Source: Sinorhizobium meliloti (lineage in GTDB: Bacteria; Pseudomonadota; Alphaproteobacteria; Rhizobiales; Rhizobiaceae). From it: DNA of 32,000 nt. Below, piece by piece: positions 1-7,436 of this stretch. The translations under genes were made by a program, and so were the position numbers. The stretch is taken from contig NZ_JAGIOS010000001.1 in the NCBI RefSeq assembly GCF_017876815.1, forward strand, positions 690,001 to 722,000, in the 5' to 3' direction. How positions within the stretch are numbered: position 1 is the stretch's first letter; each line of letters opens with the position of its first letter. A model generated the notes under the pieces. That model was given only the letters and a program-made list of their open reading frames with translations. It was not told the DNA's origin and made no database searches.

Positions 1-1029
1 TCCGCGTCGGCGAGCCGCCTCGTTGCCGGCGAACGGCCGCAGCATGTGGAGCTGGAAGAAAAGATCGCGCAATTCTGCGGCGTTGATGCCGCCGTCTGTT
101 TCGTAAGCGGCTACCTGACGAATGTCGCCGCGATCAGCTGCCTGATGGGGCCGAAGGACCTCGTCATCCACGACGAGTTCATCCACAACAGCGCGCTCGC
201 CGGGATCAAGCTTTCAGGCGCGACACGCCGCTTCTTCAAGCACAACGAGACCGCGGATCTCGAGCATGTCCTGCGCACCGTCGCCGGTGACTACCGGCGC
301 ATCCTGGTGATCGTCGAGGGCATCTACTCGATGGACGGCGACGTCGCCAATCTGCCGGCGCTTCTGAAGCTCAGGGCCGAATACGGTTTCTGGCTGATGG
401 TCGACGAGGCGCATTCGCTCGGGGTCCTCGGCCGGCACGGCAGGGGCCTCGCCGAACATTTCGGGGCCGATCCGCACGAAGTCGACATCTGGATGGGAAC
501 ATTGTCGAAGACGACGTCGAGCTGCGGCGGCTACATAGCAGGAAGCGCCGCCCTGGCGGCCGTGCTGAAGGCATCTGCCGGCGGCTTCGTCTATAGCGTC
601 GGCCTCGCGCCCGTGCTTGCCGCATCCGCGGTCGCCAGCCTCGACATCCTGGCAAGCGAACCGGAACGCACGGCGGCGGTGAGACGCAACGGCAGCCTGT
701 TCCTGAAGCTTGCCAAGGAGGCCGGCCTCGATACCGGGCTGAGCGGCGGCTTTTCGGTCGTGCCTGTCATCGTCGGGGATTCGCTGCGCGCCGTCCAGCT
801 TTCGAACGACCTGCTCGCCGCCGGCGTCAACGTCCTGCCGATCATCCACCCGGCGGTGCCGGAAGGACAGGCGCGCTTGCGCTTCTTCATCACCTGCGAC
901 CACACCGAGGAACAGATCCGCCGCACCGTCACATTGACGGCCGAACGCCTGAAGGATCTCACCGACCGCAATTTCGGCCTCGGCGGCGTCGATATCGAGA
1001 AGATGCTGAGTGCGCTCTCGGCGCGCTGA
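1..1029 (+). CDS. rkpG: alpha-oxoamine synthase family PLP enzyme (8-amino-7-oxononanoate synthase / serine palmitoyltransferase-like), 5'-truncated at window edge; RkpG-like
   Basis: Frame 1 is open from base 1 (..SRLVAGERPQHVELEEKIAQF..), so the gene starts upstream of the window. Family motifs are present: MVDEAHSLGVLG and the PLP-lysine motif GTLSKTTSSCGGY. The downstream order SDR, membrane protein, KpsS-like, KpsF matches the Sinorhizobium rkp-1 region as I recall it. Confidence 0.85.
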   Translation, partial: SASASRLVAGERPQHVELEEKIAQFCGVDAAVCFVSGYLTNVAAISCLMGPKDLVIHDEFIHNSALAGIKLSGATRRFFKHNETADLEHVLRTVAGDYRRILVIVEGIYSMDGDVANLPALLKLRAEYGFWLMVDEAHSLGVLGRHGRGLAEHFGADPHEVDIWMGTLSKTTSSCGGYIAGSAALAAVLKASAGGFVYSVGLAPVLAASAVASLDILASEPERTAAVRRNGSLFLKLAKEAGLDTGLSGGFSVVPVIVGDSLRAVQLSNDLLAAGVNVLPIIHPAVPEGQARLRFFITCDHTEEQIRRTVTLTAERLKDLTDRNFGLGGVDIEKMLSALSAR

Positions 1030-1068
1030 CCACCAGCCGCCGCAGGCGGGCCGCCAACGGGTTCGTCC

Positions 1069-1872
1069 ATGACACATGTGATCATCACCGGCGGCTCGAG
1101 CGGAATTGGCCTTGCGGTCGCCTCGATCTACGCGGCCCGCGGAGCGCGGCTCTCTCTTGTCGCACGCTCGCGCGATCTTCTGGAGAAGGCAGCACAGAAT
1201 CTGGTAGCCGAACACGGTCTCGAGGCTGGAGCTGTCCGTGTGGAGGCCGCCGATGTCTCCAAAGGAGAGGAGATCGAGGCCGCGGTCTTCCGCTGTGTGG
1301 ATGCGTTCGGACCCTGCGACGTTCTCGTGACCTCGGCAGGCGTCGTCGAACCGGCGCCATTCGAGGCGATGCAGGGCGCGGCCTTCCACCGGCAGATGGA
1401 AACGAACTTTTCGGGCACGGTGCATGCCGTGCGCGCAGTTTATCCGGACATGAAGAACAGGCGCCGCGGCCATATTCTGATGGTTTCTTCGGGTGCCGGC
1501 CTGATCGGCATCTACGGATATACCGCCTACTGCGCCTCGAAGTTCGCGCTTAACGGCTTCGCCCAGGCGCTGCGCAGCGAAGCGCGCGCCCACAATGTCG
1601 GCATTTCGATCTGCTTTCCACCCGATACGGAGACGCCGCAATTCAAGAGGGAGCTTGCCGCCCGGCCAGTGGAGGCAAGCGTAATCATGGGAACCGTCCG
1701 CCCATGGACGGCCGAGGCGGTCGCGCGAAAGATCGTCAAGGGCATCGACCGGCGGCGCTTCGAGATTTATTTTGGCGCGGTCTTGTATCTTCTCGGCCGC
1801 TTCGGGCCGGCGGTCAGGCCTTTCCTCAATTGGTGGTTCGACCGGGCAATCGCGCGCAACAGTGGACTGTGA
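1069..1872 (+). CDS. rkpH: short-chain dehydrogenase/reductase (3-ketosphinganine-reductase-like); RkpH-like
   Basis: ATG at 1069. N-terminal Rossmann motif ITGGSSGIGLA and catalytic YxxxK (YTAYCASKFAL). Lies 39 nt downstream of rkpG on the same strand. Confidence 0.85.
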   Translation: MTHVIITGGSSGIGLAVASIYAARGARLSLVARSRDLLEKAAQNLVAEHGLEAGAVRVEAADVSKGEEIEAAVFRCVDAFGPCDVLVTSAGVVEPAPFEAMQGAAFHRQMETNFSGTVHAVRAVYPDMKNRRRGHILMVSSGAGLIGIYGYTAYCASKFALNGFAQALRSEARAHNVGISICFPPDTETPQFKRELAARPVEASVIMGTVRPWTAEAVARKIVKGIDRRRFEIYFGAVLYLLGRFGPAVRPFLNWWFDRAIARNSGL

Positions 1873-1893
1873 CGGCGGCGCCCGCGGCCATGC

Positions 1894-3570
1894 TTGTGCC
1901 AGCCAATATTAGGCTTTAAGTGTCGGGAGAAGCCTTCTGCCGAGGCGGCGACGGTGAAATGGCTCAAAGGTATCGGCTTGGCGCTCATTCCCTTCAACCT
2001 GCATGACTACCCGATAGCCTTGACCCTCGGGTGCTACCTGCTGTCCTGCGCGGTGATCTTCTATACGGACCGGTTCGCCCTTCCGGCGCGCGAACGCAGG
2101 AAGAACGCACCGAAATACGGGCGCAATCGGGACAGGATCGACCGTCTCGCCCGGCTGCCGGTCATCGCGCTCGTCTTTGCCGGCTTCTTCGCGATCTCGT
2201 GGCGGCCCCTCTATGCCGCCGCCGGCACGATGAGTTTCTTCATCATTTTCACCGGCATTTCCCGCGCGAAATTCAAGTTCATCCGTGAGCCGCTGGTCTT
2301 TTCCGATATTGCCCTGGTCGCGGATGTCTTCAAGTACAAGACGATCTTCTATGCGAGCTCGCTGAACATCGTCTTCTGGATCGTCGCTTTCCTTTATGTG
2401 TTCGGGGTATCGGCACTTTACATGTATTTCGAGCCGACGATCCTGCCCGAAAGAAGCAGGCTCTTCTGGGTTCTGGTGATGGTGGGGATCGCCGCCGGAC
2501 CCTGGGGACTGTTGTTTTACGGGCCCGTGAACCGCCCGACGGCCGCTCTCGTGCAGAGGCTGGTGAAGGCGATCAACGTCAAGATGAACACGGTGCGTTT
2601 CGGTACCTTCGCTTCCGTCGTCTTCCATTTCATCATCTGGCTCGGCGTCAAGCGCGACAAGATCGTCGCCGAATTGTCGGAAATACTGCGCGCCGCGGTG
2701 CACGACCTCATCGGCCACGAGGAGGCCCCGCTGATCATCGTATGGCAGTCGGAGTCCTTCATCGACATGCGGCATTTCGGTGTCGATTCGATCAAGCTTC
2801 CGACGGTCGACCGGTTGCGCAAGCAGGCGGTGCAATGGGGGCGCTTGAGCAATGTCTTCGAGGGCGGCTACACGCTGCGCACCGAATTTGCCGTCCTGAG
2901 CGGCCTTGTGCCCGACGACATCCATGTCGATGCCAGCTACCCTTATCTCCGTGCCGCGCACTATGCCGATATCGTCTGGCCCGGAAAGCTCAAGCGCGCC
3001 GGCTGGCGCACGCATTTCATTCATCCCTATGACCGGACGTTCTTTCTGCGGCACAAGGCGATGCCCCTGCTCGGCTTCGAGAAGCTTACCATGCTCGATG
3101 CCTTCGACCATAAACCGGAGCGGGACGGGCTTTATGTCTCCGACGCCACGCTGGCAGCCCGCGTGCTCGCCGAAGTCGAGAAGCTGCCGGAAGAGGAGAG
3201 CGGCTTTTTCTTCGTCGCCTCGATGGCAAATCACGGCCCCTGGGAACCGGGGCGCGTCGGTACGCTCACCAATCCCGTCGATATCTACCTGGCCATCCTC
3301 GAGCAGTCTGACGCTGCGTTGAAGCAGCTGATCGACGGCCTCAACAAGCTCGACCGGCCGGTCTGGTTCGTCTTTTACGGCGACCACGCGCCCCTTCTGA
3401 AATCTTTCGCGGATCCCTTCCCGGATCCCCGCACGGATTATTTCATCGTGCCGCTCGCCAAGGCGCGCGCTGCGGCCCACAGCCCGAAGCGGGCGAAGGA
3501 CGAGGATCCTTGGAACCTGCTCGGCTCCATGCTGAAGCACGCCAATCTGCACAAGGACGCGCTGCAATAG
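1894..3570 (+). CDS. rkpI: polytopic membrane protein with C-terminal sulfatase/alkaline-phosphatase-superfamily (LtaS/EptA-like) domain; RkpI-like
   Basis: The N-terminal half has several hydrophobic segments (e.g. LPVIALVFAGFFAISW, IVFWIVAFLYVFGVSALYMYF, LFWVLVMVGIAAGPWGLLFY). The C-terminal half carries PF00884-like motifs (IIVWQSESF, GGYTLRTEFAVLSG, ANHGPW, FYGDHAP). The start is uncertain: TTG at 1894 in the track, or GTG at 1954 preceded by GAGG. Confidence 0.8.
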   Translation: MCQPILGFKCREKPSAEAATVKWLKGIGLALIPFNLHDYPIALTLGCYLLSCAVIFYTDRFALPARERRKNAPKYGRNRDRIDRLARLPVIALVFAGFFAISWRPLYAAAGTMSFFIIFTGISRAKFKFIREPLVFSDIALVADVFKYKTIFYASSLNIVFWIVAFLYVFGVSALYMYFEPTILPERSRLFWVLVMVGIAAGPWGLLFYGPVNRPTAALVQRLVKAINVKMNTVRFGTFASVVFHFIIWLGVKRDKIVAELSEILRAAVHDLIGHEEAPLIIVWQSESFIDMRHFGVDSIKLPTVDRLRKQAVQWGRLSNVFEGGYTLRTEFAVLSGLVPDDIHVDASYPYLRAAHYADIVWPGKLKRAGWRTHFIHPYDRTFFLRHKAMPLLGFEKLTMLDAFDHKPERDGLYVSDATLAARVLAEVEKLPEEESGFFFVASMANHGPWEPGRVGTLTNPVDIYLAILEQSDAALKQLIDGLNKLDRPVWFVFYGDHAPLLKSFADPFPDPRTDYFIVPLAKARAAAHSPKRAKDEDPWNLLGSMLKHANLHKDALQ

Positions 3571-3593
3571 CAGCGTCTTCCGGAATCCGCCCG

Positions 3594-4919
3594 ATGACAG
3601 CAGATACGACCATAGATCCCGCGGCGCCAAGAACCTTCCTGTTCTTGCAGGGACCGGCGTCGCCGGTCTTCGCCAAGGTCGCCGGGCATCTCGAAGTGCT
3701 GGGTCATTGCTGTCTGCGCATCAACCTCAATCCCGGCGACCAGATATTCTGGCGGCGCCGGGGCGGCCATAACTACCGTGGCTCGTTGGCGCGGTGGCCG
3801 GCCTATGTGGAGGCCTTCATCCGCCGCCACGCCGTCACCGACCTCGTCCTGCTCGGCGAAGAGCGCCCCTATCACCGGATCGCCACAGCTGCCGCGCGAA
3901 AAGCCGGCGTCCGAGTCTTTGTGGTCGAAATGGGTTATCTCAGGCCGGACTGGTTGACGCTCGAGCGCGGCGGCATGTCGTCCAATTCGCACTTTCCGGT
4001 CGATCCCGCGCAAATCCTGCGAGCGGCAACGGGATTGCCCGAGCCCGACTGGCAACGGCGCTACCGGCAGAGCTTTCTTGCGGAGGCGGCATACGACCTC
4101 CTCTACAACCTGCCGAACGTGTTTTTCTGCTTCCTCTTTCCCGGCTACCGCCGGCACGGCATCTTTCATCCGCTCGCCGAATATGCCGGGTGGATCCGGC
4201 GGCTGGCGGCCGGCAAAGGCGAGCAGCGGCGCGCGGATGCGTTGATCCGCTCGCTTTCGGCGAAAAATGCGCCGTACTTCGTCTATCCGCTTCAACTTGA
4301 AACGGACTATCAATTGCGTGCGCATTCACCCTTCGGCAGCCAGCGGGAAGCGATCGACGGCATCCTTGCCTCTTTCGCGCGCCGTGCGCCGGCAGGAACC
4401 AGACTCGCCGTCAAGGTGCACCCGCTCGACAACAGCCTGATCTCCTGGCGCAGGATCGTCGCGGACAAGGCCGCCTCACTCGGTGTCGGCGACAGGGTCC
4501 TCTATCTCGACGGCGGCAATCTCGATTCGCTCACGGAGCACAGTTGCGGAATGGTAACGGTCAACTCGACCGCCGGACTGCATGCTCTGAAGCAGGGCAA
4601 GCCCGTGAAGGTCCTGGGAAAGGCCGTCTTCGACATTGCCGGTCTCACCGACCAGCAGCCGCTCGACGCGTTCTGGACGGCGCCCGAGGCCCCGGATCCG
4701 GTGCTGAGCGGGGCAATGTTCAGGCTGATGGCCGCTTCGATCCAGGTGCGCGGGAACTTCTATTCCCGTGCGGGTACGGATGCCGGCGCCAAGGCGATCG
4801 CCGAGCGGCTGCACCGCAACGACGTCAATGAACCGGGCGCCTTCGTCGACCCGCCACCCCGGCAAAAGCCGGTGAGACTCAGCGAAGATCAGGCGACGCC
4901 GGCGCGCAGCAGATCGTGA
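3594..4919 (+). CDS. rkpJ: KpsS-like capsule polysaccharide biosynthesis protein (predicted beta-Kdo transferase family, PF05159-like); RkpJ-like
   Basis: ATG at 3594 (MTADTTIDP..), 24 nt after the rkpI stop. The N-terminus RTFLFLQGPASPVFAKVAGHL is typical of KpsS/KpsC-type capsule proteins. The track ORF from 3510 overlaps rkpI, so the internal ATG is preferred. Confidence 0.8.
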   Translation: MTADTTIDPAAPRTFLFLQGPASPVFAKVAGHLEVLGHCCLRINLNPGDQIFWRRRGGHNYRGSLARWPAYVEAFIRRHAVTDLVLLGEERPYHRIATAAARKAGVRVFVVEMGYLRPDWLTLERGGMSSNSHFPVDPAQILRAATGLPEPDWQRRYRQSFLAEAAYDLLYNLPNVFFCFLFPGYRRHGIFHPLAEYAGWIRRLAAGKGEQRRADALIRSLSAKNAPYFVYPLQLETDYQLRAHSPFGSQREAIDGILASFARRAPAGTRLAVKVHPLDNSLISWRRIVADKAASLGVGDRVLYLDGGNLDSLTEHSCGMVTVNSTAGLHALKQGKPVKVLGKAVFDIAGLTDQQPLDAFWTAPEAPDPVLSGAMFRLMAASIQVRGNFYSRAGTDAGAKAIAERLHRNDVNEPGAFVDPPPRQKPVRLSEDQATPARSRS

Positions 4920-5902
4920 ATGTGCAGGATGCCGACCGGGGCGCCGGCCTCGTCGACGAGGAACAGCACGGTGACCTTGTGGTCCTGCATGAATTCCATG
5001 GCGGCGCTGGCAAGGACGTCACCCTTGATCACCCGCGGGTTGCGCGACATCACCTCCTGGACCGGTTGCGCCAAGAGGTCGCCCGCCATGTGACGGCGCA
5101 GGTCGCCGTCGGTGATGACGCCGATCAGCTTGCCGCTTTCATCTGTTATGCCGACGACGCCGAAGCCCTTGGCCGACATTTCGATGACCGCCTCGCTCAT
5201 CGGACGGCCGACGGAGAGTAACGGCATCTGTCCGGTGCCATGCGCCAGCTCCTGAACCAGCCGCAGCTGCGCGCCCAGCTTGCCGCCCGGATGGAAGGTC
5301 TTGAAATCCTCGGCCGAGAAGCCGCGCCGCTCCAGGAGCGCGATCGCCAGAGCATCGCCGACGGCAAGCTGCAGCATGGCCGAGGTCGTCGGCGCCAGGC
5401 CGTGCGGACAGGCCTCCGGCACCTTCGGCAGCACGAGCGCGATCTCGGAATTGCGTGCGAGCGTGCTCTCGCGGTTGGAGCAGATCGAGACGATCGGCAC
5501 CTTGAAGCGCTTGGCGTAGGTCAGCATGTTGGCGAGTTCCGCCGTTTCGCCCGACCAGGAGAGCAGCACCAGCGCATCCTGAGCGGTGATCATGCCGAGG
5601 TCGCCGTGGCTTGCCTCGGTCGGATGGACGAAATGGGCCGAGGTGCCGGTCGATGCGAGGGTGGCTGCAATCTTGCGGCCGATATGCCCGCTCTTGCCGA
5701 CCCCGGAAACGACGACGCGGCCGTCGCCGTCGCCCATCAGTTCGACCGCATCGACGAGGGCGCCCGCGAAGGCCTGGTCACTGGTCAGATGGTCTGCAAG
5801 GGCCTTGATGCCGTTCGTCGCCGTCGTCAGCGTCCTGCCGATCGACTCCAGCACGGTGCCACCGGCATGCGCATCCGCCGTCGCGTGTCTCACACCCATC
5901 AT
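4889..5902 (-). CDS. kpsF: arabinose-5-phosphate isomerase (KpsF/GutQ family; SIS domain plus two CBS domains)
   Basis: SIS motif VSGVGKSGHIGRKIAATLASTGTSAHFVHPTEASHGDLGMI and a C-terminal CBS pair (..VGITDESGKLIGVITDGDLRR.. and ..LFLVDEAGAPVGILHIHDLLR). The 3' end overlaps the rkpJ 3' end by 31 bp. Confidence 0.92.
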   Translation of the reverse strand: MMGVRHATADAHAGGTVLESIGRTLTTATNGIKALADHLTSDQAFAGALVDAVELMGDGDGRVVVSGVGKSGHIGRKIAATLASTGTSAHFVHPTEASHGDLGMITAQDALVLLSWSGETAELANMLTYAKRFKVPIVSICSNRESTLARNSEIALVLPKVPEACPHGLAPTTSAMLQLAVGDALAIALLERRGFSAEDFKTFHPGGKLGAQLRLVQELAHGTGQMPLLSVGRPMSEAVIEMSAKGFGVVGITDESGKLIGVITDGDLRRHMAGDLLAQPVQEVMSRNPRVIKGDVLASAAMEFMQDHKVTVLFLVDEAGAPVGILHIHDLLRAGVA

Positions 5903-6085
5903 CGACCCCCTTTAGGGCACCTCCGGGAAAACTGCGTCACGGTTTTCCGCCGGAAGTGCGTAGCCAAAAAACGGCCTCGTCAGCGGGCCGCAGCAAGATA
6001 GACGCCAGATAGGCTCTTTTCATGGACAAACCAAGCCTTTCGGCGGCCATTTATACCAAACCGGCGACGTTTCGAACCGTCATGC

Positions 6086-6541
6086 TCAGCCGACGCGCTT
6101 TTCGACTGAGGTCTCCGGAGGAAGGACCCCGCCGGCGGCGAATTCGGCGAGCGTCATCGAATCGAGGATGGAGGACATCGCGTCACGCACCGATGTCATC
6201 GAGATGCGCACCCGGCAGGTCTCCGGATCGGTGCAGTCGTCGCACATTTCATAGGCCGTGCGGCTGGCGCAGCGTATCGGCGCCAGCGGGCCGTCGAGTG
6301 TCCTTATGACATGGCCGATGCGAATCTCGGAGGCCGGTCGCGACAGGGAATAACCACCGCCCGGTCCTTTCTTCGAGCGCAACACGCCGGCGTTGCGCAG
6401 TTCCAGGAGTATAGTGTCTAGAAACTTTTTCGGAATGTTGTTGCGCTGTGCGATTTCGGTGATGAAGGCAGTCTGCCCGGGTGGAAGCCGTGCCAGGTCG
6501 ACCAATGCTTTCAGTCCGTATTTTCCCTTCTTCGTCAGCAT
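6086..6541 (-). CDS. Rrf2-family transcriptional regulator with a C-terminal Cys cluster
   Basis: Internal ATG at 6541 gives MLTKKGKYGLKALVDLARLP..ITEIAQRNNIPKKFLDTILLELRNAGVLRSKKGPGGGYSL, a typical Rrf2 winged helix. Cys residues in IRCASRTAYEMCDDCTDPETC suggest Fe-S cluster ligation. GGGGAGAA lies about 10 nt upstream of the ATG. Confidence 0.88.
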   Translation of the reverse strand: MLTKKGKYGLKALVDLARLPPGQTAFITEIAQRNNIPKKFLDTILLELRNAGVLRSKKGPGGGYSLSRPASEIRIGHVIRTLDGPLAPIRCASRTAYEMCDDCTDPETCRVRISMTSVRDAMSSILDSMTLAEFAAGGVLPPETSVEKRVG

Positions 6542-6725
6542 TCGAGTCAATTCTCCCCGATCCCGCAGAAACGCCGGATCCGACCTCGGAAACAGTCTTG
6601 TCCCGGCATAGCACAAGAATGCGCTGCCAATACACTGATATAGTCGACAACGGAGAAGGATCGGTAACCGAGGATGGAAGAGTGCAGGAGCGCGTCAGGG
6701 TTTCAATGTATCACTGACGCGCCCC

Positions 6726-6765
6726 AGAGAATTTCTTGTCCTGGAAGAGAATTTCTTGGCCTGGA
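6726..6765. repeat. two tandem copies of a 20-bp unit (AGAGAATTTCTTGTCCTGGA / AGAGAATTTCTTGGCCTGGA)
   Basis: Read directly. The copies at 6726-6745 and 6746-6765 differ at one base. Each contains the small palindrome AGAA-T-TTCT. The repeat sits between the stop of the 72-aa ORF (6778) and the Rrf2 start (6541). Confidence 0.9.
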
Positions 6766-6777
6766 ACGGTTCGCACG

Positions 6778-6996
6778 TCACGCGGCGGCAATGCCGGGCG
6801 TCCGATTGGTGAGGTTCCGCCCGCCCTGGGCGGAAAGGAGCCGGCCAATGGCCGCGCGTGCTTCATCGACCGAACGGAAGCGTTGCGCGTCCAGGTCCCA
6901 GACGTGATACTTGACGGCCAGGAACTTCAGACGGTCTTGGTCGGGAACGACGACTCCGACGGCTTCACCACCATATTCGATAACTTGCTTGCTCAT
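6778..6996 (-). CDS. small hypothetical protein (72 aa)
   Basis: ATG at 6996 (MSKQVIEYGGEAVGVVVPDQDRLKFLAVKYHVWDLDAQRFRSVDEARAAIGRLL..) is preceded by GGAGGAG about 10 nt upstream. Third codon positions look mostly G/C by eye. I recognise no domain. Confidence 0.55.
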   Translation of the reverse strand: MSKQVIEYGGEAVGVVVPDQDRLKFLAVKYHVWDLDAQRFRSVDEARAAIGRLLSAQGGRNLTNRTPGIAAA

Positions 6997-7074
6997 GTAA
7001 ATAACGCTCCTCCGCACCCACGGGCGCGGATAATTCAATTCTCGGCAAAGGATGAACTCGGTAAGTTTGAACGG

Positions 7075-7167
7075 TCACATTCGGCGAAGTTGACGAATGA
7101 CACCTTTAACCGTTGCACGACAATGGGAACGTGAGCCGCAGAAAGCGGCGGTCGAGAATTCGAACAT
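7075..7167 (-). CDS. candidate small ORF (30 aa, MFEFSTAAFCGSRSHCRATVKGVIRQLRRM)
   Basis: ATG at 7167 is preceded by AAAGGAGAG with about 6 nt spacing. The ORF lies 78 nt upstream of the 72-aa ORF on the same strand. An alternative ATG at 7212 would give 45 aa but has no close SD. Support is from signals only, with no homology. Confidence 0.3.
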   Translation of the reverse strand: MFEFSTAAFCGSRSHCRATVKGVIRQLRRM

Positions 7168-7221
7168 GTCACTCTCCTTTGGCTGGCCCGGCATAGGACG
7201 CCAGGCGCTCATGAACAAATC

Positions 7222-7242
7222 GAAGCGGACTCCTTCCGCTTC
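7222..7242 (-). promoter_or_regulatory. leader RNA hairpin with an AGGAG loop
   Basis: On the minus strand: GAAGCGGA-AGGAG-TCCGCTTC, a perfect 8-bp stem, followed by GATTTGTTC. It lies between the predicted promoter and the small ORF. Confidence 0.4.
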
Positions 7243-7252
7243 CCACAGTGGC

Positions 7253-7281
7253 AAACTAAAATAATCTACCAATTTCGTCAA
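7253..7281 (-). promoter_or_regulatory. putative sigma-70-type promoter for the small-ORF transcript
   Basis: On the minus strand: TTGACG (7281-7276), 17 nt, TAGTTT (7258-7253), within an AT-rich stretch. Assigned by pattern only. Confidence 0.3.
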
Positions 7282-7436
7282 CTGCAGAAACGCAAACGCG
7301 AAAAATAATTCTCACTACTCGTTTCCGCAGCTGGCGCGTCGGCAAATCCGTTCGCCTGTCCGGGCTATCTCGCTATCTAGGTAGCGCCGAATCGCCGTGC
7401 AAGGGACGGGTCGAATATAGGCAGGAATTTCCGACG

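Noticed and set aside
214-1641. 475-aa minus-strand ORF spanning rkpG and rkpH
   Set aside because: It is antisense to two plus-strand genes that carry clear family motifs. Its product is Arg/Ala/Gly/Asp-rich low-complexity sequence with no motif, which is typical of a high-GC shadow ORF.
1909-3630. 573-aa minus-strand ORF covering all of rkpI
   Set aside because: The plus-strand product has TM segments and sulfatase-family motifs. The minus-strand product is charged low-complexity sequence, so this is a shadow ORF.
6736-7134. 132-aa plus-strand ORF across the small-ORF island
   Set aside because: It has no SD, its composition is unlike real proteins in this window, and it is antisense to the two minus-strand ORFs that do have strong SD sequences.
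7075-7281. 68-aa version of the small ORF as given in the track
   Set aside because: Its 'M' is a TTG that coincides with the putative -35 box (TTGACG), and no SD precedes it. The internal ATG at 7167 with AAAGGAGAG is far more plausible.
7408-7418. GGGTCGAATAT resembling a tRNA T-loop (GGTTCGAAT)
   Set aside because: There are no flanking complementary T-stem arms, no acceptor stem and no anticodon arm, so this is not a tRNA.
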